From: an uncultured Dongia sp.
Lineage (GTDB): Bacteria; Pseudomonadota; Alphaproteobacteria; Dongiales; Dongiaceae
NCBI GenBank assembly: GCA_964408245.1
Contig: CAYOYT010000001.1
Coordinates: 36,412-73,324 of the forward strand
Direction of reading: 5' to 3'
DNA length: 36,913 nt
Shown here: positions 27,941-36,470 of the stretch, piece after piece
Layout of the letters: every line of letters starts with the position of its first letter
Position numbering within the stretch: position 1 is the stretch's first letter
Program-made: the position numbers and the translations under genes
Notes under the pieces: generated by a model
Database searches by the model: none
What the model saw: the letters and a program-made list of their open reading frames with translations, nothing else
Told to the model about the DNA's origin: nothing

Positions 27941-30900
27941 TCAGCGTTTCTTGCCGCGATTCTTGCCGCCGTAGTATTTGACTTCCGGCGTTGCCGATTT
28001 CTTGATCGATTCGTGAACTGGTGGACTTGGATTCGGTGTTTCCGGTTCTTCGTCCGCCGGTTCGTTCCAATACTTCGCCCGTTCAGATACCCAATCGCTG
28101 AGATTGTTAATCACCTGATTGACGTTATCGGTTGCTTCATCTCGAATCGCATCGATCGTGTCGCCGTCCAATCCTTGACGTTCGCCTTCACGAGAAACGA
28201 TATCTTCCAAACTTGCATCGTCTTGATTGTATTGACCGGAAAATTCTTTCCATGTCATCGCGCGAATGACCTGTGAAGGAACCGTCAAGTCTTCGCCGTC
28301 GTCGCCCTGGCCCATCCATTCGCCATCAAACACGATTACCGTTGCGTCATCAGGAACGCCGCCACGGTCTTCGAAATACTGGATCAATTTCCCAGGATTG
28401 TCGAACGACGAATACCCGCGTTGCGGTTCATATTCTTCGCCCTCTTCCATGTTTTCCGATCCCCACGGACGGCTATAGGCGTTGTCCGGGGAAAACTCGT
28501 CTGAACCGTCCCAATGAACTCGGAAATACGCCTTTTCCGGCTCGCGATCTTGGTTCAGCAATTCCGACGCAATCGACGGTTTAACGCCATCGGCTTTGTC
28601 TGGCTCAGAATCTGATTGATCATGTCCGTTGCGCGACTCACCGCCCCCAGATGATTCCGTATCCTTTCCGCCGCCCGGCGCGGATGCGAACTGCCCGGCG
28701 TTGTCAGAATTCCCTCGCGGATGTTTCGATTCGTCGAACGTCCCGGCTTTCAAATGCGATTCGTGTTCGACCGAAGCCGCAATCAGTTCATCCAAAATAC
28801 GTTCGTCGTCGACAGACAACGGATTGTCCGTGAATCCGTCCGTCATGCCGTCCATTGCTTTCGTCGTCGACCGACCGGCCTTCGCCGCCAGATATTTATT
28901 CAGCCGCTCCATTGATTGCGACCCGTCCCGCAAATCGAACATTAAATGAATGCTCTGCCCGAACTTGTCCCAGGCATCGACGCCGCCCGGCATCCGATAG
29001 AGTTCCTGAATCGTTTTCGCCGATTGGAATTGTTTTGGAAGTTCAGACAACGCCGAATCCGACAATTTGCCGTCGTATCCAAGTTTCGGCCAAACCTTGT
29101 AGCCGACGTATTCGCCGGACCCGCGAGCCGCGACCGTCTCGATACGCTCGATCCCCGCTTCCCGACATCGGTCGACTTGATCGGCGAACAACTTCGCCCC
29201 CAACCCTTTCCCGTTGTCGTGAGTTTTGAAGAAATCGTTTTCCATAAACACGGTATCGGAACCGTCCATCCGCTTTTTCAGGGTTCGCGTCATCGAATAC
29301 GCGCCGTCCTTCCCCCAAATATGCATGTTGATGGCATACCCGAACCCGTCCATACTCACCGTGGCATCCGGTTCCGCGCCGGTTAGCGCGGCCGCATGAC
29401 TCGGCTTCCAGTCGTCGCCCAGGATCGATTTCACCGCTTTGCGAACGTCGTCATATTCCGGCGACTCGTCGAGTTCTTTTGCCGTCGCGCTGGAAACCGG
29501 CGTTGTTGGAAGTTTCCGTTTCTTGTCGCCAGACTTCGGCGCTTCCGGCGATTTGTGATTCTTCGCGGCCTCGACCATCTTTTCGAGCGCCGACATCCGC
29601 CCGGCGTGATCCATACTGCCTTGATTGTTCAGCGCCGCGATGACTTCTCCGCGATCGCGTCCGGTTTCCTTCGCAACGTGATCAACTTTCGACGAAAACT
29701 CGTCGGCCATACCGCGCCGCCAATCCGCTGGTTTAGTCGTTGCTCCGCCGGAACCGCCGCCGCTGCCGCTGCCTGACGCGAACTGACCGGAATTGTTCTG
29801 ATTTCCTCGCGGATGTTTGCTCTCGTCCCATGATTTCCTCACGGATTCCCTGGCAATTTGCGACTGCCGACCCGGTTCAGAATTACGCTGATCATCCGGC
29901 GATGCCAAATGAACACTTGACGAAGGCTTATTGGGTTTATTGCGTTTCACACTAGCGGTTCGATGATCTCCAGCCGCTTTTCGATGCGCATCCCTTGCGA
30001 CTTCATGAGACCGCCTGGATTCGTTTTCAGACTTTCTCGCTTCGACATCATGGTCATTAGCGATTTGATCGTGATATTTCGCGGCCTTTTCATGCTCTTC
30101 AGATAGTTTTCCACTCCGATGAAGTTCCTTCACTTTCTTCAAGAGATTTTTGGATTTTTCTTTTGCCGCCGATTCGCCTGTTGCATTAGAAGCCACGTCA
30201 GCGCGACCAGAAGAATTAGCCGCTGTCGCATACGCTTCAGAATGTCCGTTAGACGACCCTTCGGAAGCAGCGAATTTTCCGTGATCGCGAGGATGCTTCG
30301 ATTCTTCCCATGATTTCAGTTCGGCCCGGCGAAGATTAGCCGCGTACATGCTTTTAAAATCGTCCCAATCGGAATCGTGCGCGTACGACATTTCCGGCAA
30401 CTTCCAACGCGGTTTAGAACCGCCCGCCCATGTTTCCGCCAATTCGTGAACTTCTTTCGAATTGATCGACGGCTTTTTCTTTGCGTCCTCACGGATCAAC
30501 TCCCATACTTTCGCTGGCGTATCATGCGCGTCGTGATCTAAACCGAGTTCCGGAACTTCCATTGCGACATTTCGCGAAGCCGTGTCAAACCCGTCGATTG
30601 ACGAATGATCTCGATAGTTGTTCTCGTGAATCGCAATTCTTCCAGCCGTCAACCCCGTCAACCGTCGCGCGTGTTCTTTCGCCTTTTCCCGAATGCCGTG
30701 TTGCTCAACTAAGAATTGATGCGCATGCGGTTTTAGTTCCGCGATCGCTTCATCTGACGGACCGCGCCAATCTTCGGAATCGTCGTCGCTATCCGGATCT
30801 CGACGTTTCTTTCCAAAATCGCCGATATGCCGAATTCCTTTTTCGGCAAGATGTTTCGGCCCCTTCAAAATGTTCCCGTCGCCGTCGATCTGGATTGGAA

Positions 30901-33532
30901 CGCCGTCGCCTTCTCCGTGTCCGTGCGGATGAATCGTGATCCATCGACCGCCGGCCTTTTCCTTCGTTGCGGATTTCATCGTCGAACCGTTGGAGCCGTT
31001 CCGATGCGCGACCGCGAACCCGCCATCCGCCCCGATCGCCGACGACATGCCAACGGCGGTTTTCATCGCGGTTTGATTGTTCTCGAAAACATGCTGGCAC
31101 GGTTCGCACACACACCGCGAACTATTTGGAATCAGCCACGTTTCATCAGAGCCGCAATTCGGGCAACTCGGCGCGCCGCTCAATAACGATTTCAGCCGAT
31201 GCCCGTTGACCGGCAGACGCAACCGGTACGATTTCAACGTTGGAATTCCGCCGTCGACCGCGTTGAAATCAGGAACCGTATCGATCGAATCGCCGCGTTT
31301 CATGCTGATCGGCGAATGTTCACCGTAGCAGTTCGAGAAGTCGACCCAGTCAACCGACGCCACCATTCCGACCAGATCATCACGCCCCGCGTATTTCTCG
31401 CCCGTGCCCGGTTTCAAATAGGCAATCGTCATGTGAGGAACGTAGTTCGGGAACGTCAACAACGTATCGAGATTCCCCTTGATCTTCTCGTGAAGTTTCC
31501 GGATTCGATCGCTTTTGACTTCGACGTATAGCACGTCGTAAACGCCGTCCGCCGTTGGTTTCGCTTCGTCGCCTTTGAAAACTGCGGTTTTTCCAAACAA
31601 CAACGACACCGCGCCGAACCCTTGGACAACTTCGCGAACGTCGTCGGCAAACGGAGTCGTCAGCCCATAGAGCGCTGTAACGTGCGGCGATGTTTCCAAC
31701 CCCTTCGGCGCGAAGTCGGCTTGATCGATCGACTTACCCAACGCCGTCGCCTTGATCGTCACGTCAGACGGCATCGATAACATAACGCAACCGAGTTTCG
31801 CGCCGTATTCCGGATTCGTTTCGGCCCGTCCACCGTTCAACGGTTTCAGTTCCGCCGTGTTCGCGGCCTTGCTGGTTTCGTCCGCCATCATTGATTTCAG
31901 CCGAGTCACCAACAACCGCAAATCTTCTTCGTCGCCGCCATCAATAACGGCTTGAAGCGACTTCAGCCGAGTGAACGGCGAATCCGGCGTTTTCGGATCG
32001 ACTGGCTTTTCAGCCAAATCGTTTTCGGTTTTCAGCAACGGCGCATCGAGTTTATCCATGACGCCGAACTGATCTGGTTTCGCCTGTCCCGGATTGCCGA
32101 ATTGCCCCTGTTGTTGTTGTTCCGCCGGATCAGCCGCGCCGACAAACTTCCGGCCCTCTTCGCCGCCGAGCGGAGGCAGATCCATGCGCGCCCGCCATTC
32201 GTCCACGCGAACGGCGTTTTTCGCCTGGATCATCAATGCATCTTCTTTGAGTTTCAAATCCTCGTCGTTGATATCCGGCGATTCGATATCGACCGTCAAC
32301 CCCGGACCGAATTTCGGCGCGAGAAACATCGTGTCCGATTCCGCGATCATGTCGCACACCGGCTGAATGGCAGACGTTCGCCACGCCTTCATACTGGCGT
32401 TATACGCGGCATACGCCCCAGGATCTTGAAACCCCAGCGCAACCGGCGGAGTTTGATGAAGCGCCAACAACGAATTTTTCGTGTCTTGGAACCCTTCCGA
32501 ATAGCACATATCTTTCGGGGTTGTACTGAGCGGAGTTACTTTTGTCCCGCCCTGGCCAACGATCACCGATCCGACGTTATTCGGCCCGCCGTAGTTCTTG
32601 TGAATCTTGGCGCGGATACGTTCCAACTCATCTTCCCCGACGTTCGATTCTTCGCCGAGATCATAGAAAATCGACCCGTCAACGCCGTTCTTCGTGTTCG
32701 CCGTCCGCGACACATTGACCGCCGTTTCCAAATCGATCCATTGCGGCGCAGCGCTCAGAGGCGATTGCCCATCGTCGAGATAGAACGGATGCGGATATTG
32801 AATCTTTTGGATTTGACGCGCGTCGACGTTCGCGCCAACCAGCGTTCGCAAAACTGGTGAACCGATCATGTAGCCTTGATCTTCCACCGTCACGTATCGC
32901 GAACACGTTGGCTGAATCCGGTAAGACCCCAAAGGCATGTCCGCAGACGGCATCATCGGCGTAGCAACGCCGGTCGGGATAACGTACCGCTGGCAAATTT
33001 GCCCTTCGATACTCGGAACATTCCAGATCAGCGCCGTTCCCGTCAGACGCAATTGTTGGACGATCCGATATCGGAAACTGGCCCCAGTCTCGTATGGATT
33101 CGGACACGACAGCAATTTAACGAGCGGATGTTGAGTCGGTAACGGCTTCCCGTCGTTCTCATTCAAATACGATTTCCGCGTCGATTCCCATCGGATATAC
33201 GAGCCGGTTTTTGCGCGAATCGATTTACGGACGCTCGTGTTGTAACTCTGATTGGCTTTGTCGTCGTAAACCGTGATCGTTGCCGACGCGACTTGCTGCG
33301 CGATGGCATGAATCGGGATGTAGTTGAAATGCGTGAAGTGTTGAGATTCTTCACGATGATCGGACACCCAGGAACCCGCCAGCGCCCCGGCGAGAGCGCC
33401 GCGAACCGATGCCCCAACTCCAGCGCGATTGGCTTTCGCTTCCGTGTCATCCGTCGCTGCAGGCAATTGCTTATCCGCAGCTGGTTCACTGTTTCCGCGC
33501 CACCACGATTTGAGACGGTCGAGCATGCCCAT
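27941..33532 (-). CDS. Giant multidomain portal protein: portal + 2H phosphoesterase + Zn ribbon + GNAT-like + possible ART
   Basis: N-terminal ~480 aa portal (HPLVKLLSCPNPYETG, LRLTGTA, GQSPLSA, PPVALG, VDEWRARMDLPPL) right after terL, followed by ~1390 aa of extra modules in one uninterrupted ORF. Confidence 0.9.
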   Translation of the reverse strand: MGMLDRLKSWWRGNSEPAADKQLPAATDDTEAKANRAGVGASVRGALAGALAGSWVSDHREESQHFTHFNYIPIHAIAQQVASATITVYDDKANQSYNTSVRKSIRAKTGSYIRWESTRKSYLNENDGKPLPTQHPLVKLLSCPNPYETGASFRYRIVQQLRLTGTALIWNVPSIEGQICQRYVIPTGVATPMMPSADMPLGSYRIQPTCSRYVTVEDQGYMIGSPVLRTLVGANVDARQIQKIQYPHPFYLDDGQSPLSAAPQWIDLETAVNVSRTANTKNGVDGSIFYDLGEESNVGEDELERIRAKIHKNYGGPNNVGSVIVGQGGTKVTPLSTTPKDMCYSEGFQDTKNSLLALHQTPPVALGFQDPGAYAAYNASMKAWRTSAIQPVCDMIAESDTMFLAPKFGPGLTVDIESPDINDEDLKLKEDALMIQAKNAVRVDEWRARMDLPPLGGEEGRKFVGAADPAEQQQQGQFGNPGQAKPDQFGVMDKLDAPLLKTENDLAEKPVDPKTPDSPFTRLKSLQAVIDGGDEEDLRLLVTRLKSMMADETSKAANTAELKPLNGGRAETNPEYGAKLGCVMLSMPSDVTIKATALGKSIDQADFAPKGLETSPHVTALYGLTTPFADDVREVVQGFGAVSLLFGKTAVFKGDEAKPTADGVYDVLYVEVKSDRIRKLHEKIKGNLDTLLTFPNYVPHMTIAYLKPGTGEKYAGRDDLVGMVASVDWVDFSNCYGEHSPISMKRGDSIDTVPDFNAVDGGIPTLKSYRLRLPVNGHRLKSLLSGAPSCPNCGSDETWLIPNSSRCVCEPCQHVFENNQTAMKTAVGMSSAIGADGGFAVAHRNGSNGSTMKSATKEKAGGRWITIHPHGHGEGDGVPIQIDGDGNILKGPKHLAEKGIRHIGDFGKKRRDPDSDDDSEDWRGPSDEAIAELKPHAHQFLVEQHGIREKAKEHARRLTGLTAGRIAIHENNYRDHSSIDGFDTASRNVAMEVPELGLDHDAHDTPAKVWELIREDAKKKPSINSKEVHELAETWAGGSKPRWKLPEMSYAHDSDWDDFKSMYAANLRRAELKSWEESKHPRDHGKFAASEGSSNGHSEAYATAANSSGRADVASNATGESAAKEKSKNLLKKVKELHRSGKLSEEHEKAAKYHDQIANDHDVEARKSENESRRSHEVARDAHRKAAGDHRTASVKRNKPNKPSSSVHLASPDDQRNSEPGRQSQIARESVRKSWDESKHPRGNQNNSGQFASGSGSGGGSGGATTKPADWRRGMADEFSSKVDHVAKETGRDRGEVIAALNNQGSMDHAGRMSALEKMVEAAKNHKSPEAPKSGDKKRKLPTTPVSSATAKELDESPEYDDVRKAVKSILGDDWKPSHAAALTGAEPDATVSMDGFGYAINMHIWGKDGAYSMTRTLKKRMDGSDTVFMENDFFKTHDNGKGLGAKLFADQVDRCREAGIERIETVAARGSGEYVGYKVWPKLGYDGKLSDSALSELPKQFQSAKTIQELYRMPGGVDAWDKFGQSIHLMFDLRDGSQSMERLNKYLAAKAGRSTTKAMDGMTDGFTDNPLSVDDERILDELIAASVEHESHLKAGTFDESKHPRGNSDNAGQFASAPGGGKDTESSGGGESRNGHDQSDSEPDKADGVKPSIASELLNQDREPEKAYFRVHWDGSDEFSPDNAYSRPWGSENMEEGEEYEPQRGYSSFDNPGKLIQYFEDRGGVPDDATVIVFDGEWMGQGDDGEDLTVPSQVIRAMTWKEFSGQYNQDDASLEDIVSREGERQGLDGDTIDAIRDEATDNVNQVINNLSDWVSERAKYWNEPADEEPETPNPSPPVHESIKKSATPEVKYYGGKNRGKKR

Positions 33533-33707
33533 TTTCAGATATTCCGTTTGACATTGTTTGATCAACGCTCAAACAGAATACCCGCGATGGATTTCGACGG
33601 TAATGGCTTAACCGCATGCGATTGGACGGTTTACCGAATCAAATTCGCATCGACTTTAAACGTAAATTAGACGGCAAACTACGATTAACGATGGATTGGC
33701 CTGTATG

Positions 33708-33958
33708 GTCTCGATTGCGCACCAACCGAGAGAACGAATCAACTGATAGCCGGACAATAATCAATCCTCAGTCTCAATCGTTTGCCGACTGAGAGTTCGT
33801 TTGACTAGCTCGCAAAGAAGTCTCAGCCGACTGCCGACTGAGAGATTGTTTTCAACAAATGACTGAATGATCGCCGCGCGTCCAGTGGTTTGTCTCAATC
33901 GCACGCCGACCGAGAGACTGACTTGGATCACTCGTCTTGATCGCATCCGACCAAGAGA
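33708..33958 (-). repeat. Five 25-26 bp hairpin repeats between terL and portal
   Basis: Plus-strand GTCTY-N8/9-CCRACYRAGAG at 33708, 33771, 33820, 33892 and 33934. Confidence 0.8.
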
Positions 33959-33966
33959 TTCGCCGA

Positions 33967-35457
33967 TCATTCTTTATCGTCGTCGTCATTCTCGACCAAC
34001 GGACCGAATGGATGTTTCTTTTTCGGTTCGTCCTGGGAATCGTCACGTCGACCGATCGCAACCGCCGCCGTCCGCCGGAACCGCGTCAATTCGTTGAATG
34101 CGTCGGCCAATGCGTCGATTTCGTCGTCTGGAATGTCTTTCGTCGGGAAACTGTCGAGCCGCGAGACTAATCCGGCGTTCCACGGCGCGCGTAACATCCG
34201 GACGTTGCCCGCGTTCAACTGACTCGCCAGCCCCGCCGCCCGCGTCGGTTTGTCGCCGCTCACAAGTCGCGCGCGCACATTATGACCAGCCAACATTCTC
34301 ACCAGCCGCTTCGCTTCCGTCTTGCCCGCCGCCGCCGGATCTTGCGGCAACCGGATGATGCAATTATCGAGATCGGCGGTTGTGCGAATCCGGCCATCCC
34401 GGTAATTCGATTCCCATTGCCCGCGAACGATGTCGGCAATATAGAAAAATCCGTCGCGGCCTTCACCGATTTTCGCGCCGACAGTCCAGTCACCGGCCCC
34501 GTCAGTTGCCGCGAGATCCCACGCCCGGCAATACGACAGATCAGCCGGAAGCGCGTCGACAATCTCGATTTTCCCGACTTTGAAGAACAGCCCCGCCAAT
34601 AACTTCGCGTTCCAGTTCCCCTCTTGAAGTTTCTTCCGCTCGTGTTCGGCCAAAAGTTCGAGATTCGCCTCGTAATCGGGATCTTTCTCCGCCATTTTCG
34701 GATTGTCGGACAACGCCGCGTGAATGAACGTCAACGATTTCGGTTTCGGTTGCTTCGCGTGATCGTCCGGCAAATCCTTATGCCGGAACCGGTTGAACAG
34801 CGCATCGCGTGAATCGTCGAAGTGAAATTCATTGTCACGGCGGATCATCCACCGAATCTTCCCGCTTCGCTCCGGAATCGCGAACCCCGTTACCGGATCA
34901 ATCCACCACTGCAATAATCGATGGACCCAACCGCCGATCGGATCATCATCGGGAATCGGATTGCACGTCGCGCGAACGAAAGGCTTTACGCCACAAGTAG
35001 AACGGTTTCGAGACAGCAGATAAAAGAACTGACTTTCCGTGAAATGCGTCAATTCGTCAAAACCGAGAAAACAGACGGACGCGCCCATCCACGAAAACTT
35101 GTCTTTGTCGTGTTGAAGATGCCGAAACGATATCGACGTGATCGCGTTTTTCGATTTGAAGCGCCATTGCCGCTTTGAAGATCGCGGAATCCCGCCGACC
35201 AGCGAATAAAGCGCCATGGATTCGTCCCAAATCCCGCCTTCGTTCGTGATCTGCGGCGACGTTCGCCGGAAAATCACGCCCCCGAATCCCGGTTCATTCC
35301 GATACGGCATCGGCGACAACAGCAACCCAAACGTTTTTCCGCCGCCCGCCTGACCGCCGTAAACTACGATATCGGCCTCGGACTCCAAAAATGCCGTTTG
35401 CGGCCCCGGATTCGGTCCGATGAACTCTACCCGTCGTTTCCGTTCCGCTGTCGTCAT
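33967..35457 (-). CDS. terL: Terminase large subunit
   Basis: Walker A YGGQAGGGKT, Walker B FLGFDE, ATCNP, nuclease motifs RAWDLA, GDWTVG, DDEIDA. Confidence 0.95.
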   Translation of the reverse strand: MTTAERKRRVEFIGPNPGPQTAFLESEADIVVYGGQAGGGKTFGLLLSPMPYRNEPGFGGVIFRRTSPQITNEGGIWDESMALYSLVGGIPRSSKRQWRFKSKNAITSISFRHLQHDKDKFSWMGASVCFLGFDELTHFTESQFFYLLSRNRSTCGVKPFVRATCNPIPDDDPIGGWVHRLLQWWIDPVTGFAIPERSGKIRWMIRRDNEFHFDDSRDALFNRFRHKDLPDDHAKQPKPKSLTFIHAALSDNPKMAEKDPDYEANLELLAEHERKKLQEGNWNAKLLAGLFFKVGKIEIVDALPADLSYCRAWDLAATDGAGDWTVGAKIGEGRDGFFYIADIVRGQWESNYRDGRIRTTADLDNCIIRLPQDPAAAGKTEAKRLVRMLAGHNVRARLVSGDKPTRAAGLASQLNAGNVRMLRAPWNAGLVSRLDSFPTKDIPDDEIDALADAFNELTRFRRTAAVAIGRRDDSQDEPKKKHPFGPLVENDDDDKE

Positions 35458-36470
35458 GCGTTGCCCCTCAAACGATTTCCGCCGCTTGGCAGATTGAACA
35501 CGAATTCCACATCGTCCGCGTCGTCAGACGACAGACCCGGACGGTCGATCAATTCTTCTGGCACCGGCAACAACTCCGCCGGAACCGGACCGCGCCCCCT
35601 GGGGTTGATTCGCGCCTGTGCGATATTCAACGCGGCGTTCTGCTGATTCATTCTCAGCATGAGAGACATCGCAACCGCTTGTGTCTTAATGTCTTCGCTC
35701 GAAAGCATTTGCAGCAGTTTTGCAACCGCCATTTCATGCGGCGTCATCTCCCGCGTGCCGATCGCCGCCAACAACTCCCGAGCCGTCTTTTCGATCGGCC
35801 AATGAACCCCCAATTCCCATCGGTCTATCGCCGCACGCAACATCGCAACATCTGTGCGGGTTGCGCTCTCGCCAAACAGCGAGCGCGCGGCGTCGGCCTC
35901 GAAATTTTCGGAGCGAGCGGAAGTCGAATCGACGATGTCAATTTGGGAGGAATCGGCTTTTCGGGAATTGTCGGATTGTGCGGACGAAAGCCCGGCTTGT
36001 GAATTTGAATTCTTGATTGATTCTGAGAATGAATGCGCTGGTTTATTAGATTCTGGATTTCCCGGAACGCGACTTGGCGACCGGACCCCAACGACATCCA
36101 TACCACTTTGATTCAAATTCGGAATGGCCCTACCGGTCCTCAGATGCTCGAAACGTCCAGAAGCCTTATTGGAACCGGCGTTTACTTGACCTGTTTCACC
36201 GTCTGTAGAACCATCCCGATCTTTTACCCTATCGCCCTGGTCGCAATGACCAGTTTTATTACCCGCGATCACTCCACCGCTACCGCCTACCGGCGACGTT
36301 GGTTGATGCTGGTTCCCATTGTCTATCGATGATTTTGATTCTTTCCGTTCTTGCTCCTCCCGTTTCTTGGCCTTTTGTCTCAGTCGATATTGTGCCCGTG
36401 ACAAAAAAGGCGTCCTTTCCGTCTGTTCCCAACCGCTCGCAACGCTGGCAAAGCTTTCTGACCCCGCCAA
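35454..36470 (-). CDS. Probable terminase small subunit with long low-complexity N-terminal region
   Basis: ATGA-coupled to terL, helical C-terminal half ending FVFNLPSGGNR. Mainly positional. Confidence 0.5.
   Translation of the reverse strand: MAGSESFASVASGWEQTERTPFLSRAQYRLRQKAKKREEQERKESKSSIDNGNQHQPTSPVGGSGGVIAGNKTGHCDQGDRVKDRDGSTDGETGQVNAGSNKASGRFEHLRTGRAIPNLNQSGMDVVGVRSPSRVPGNPESNKPAHSFSESIKNSNSQAGLSSAQSDNSRKADSSQIDIVDSTSARSENFEADAARSLFGESATRTDVAMLRAAIDRWELGVHWPIEKTARELLAAIGTREMTPHEMAVAKLLQMLSSEDIKTQAVAMSLMLRMNQQNAALNIAQARINPRGRGPVPAELLPVPEELIDRPGLSSDDADDVEFVFNLPSGGNRLRGNA

Noticed and set aside
27941-32100. Intein or read-through artefact explaining portal length
   Set aside because: No splice-junction or LAGLIDADG motifs seen and no internal stops under the standard code.
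33708-33958. Hairpin repeats as a CRISPR array
   Set aside because: Repeats vary internally, gaps are irregular (16-46 nt), and no cas genes are in the window. Kept as a structured repeat.
33761-33970. 69-aa ORF coupled to the terL stop
   Set aside because: It runs through the hairpin repeats, and its LSVG.RLR repeats simply mirror them. Coding status is unsupported, though not excluded.
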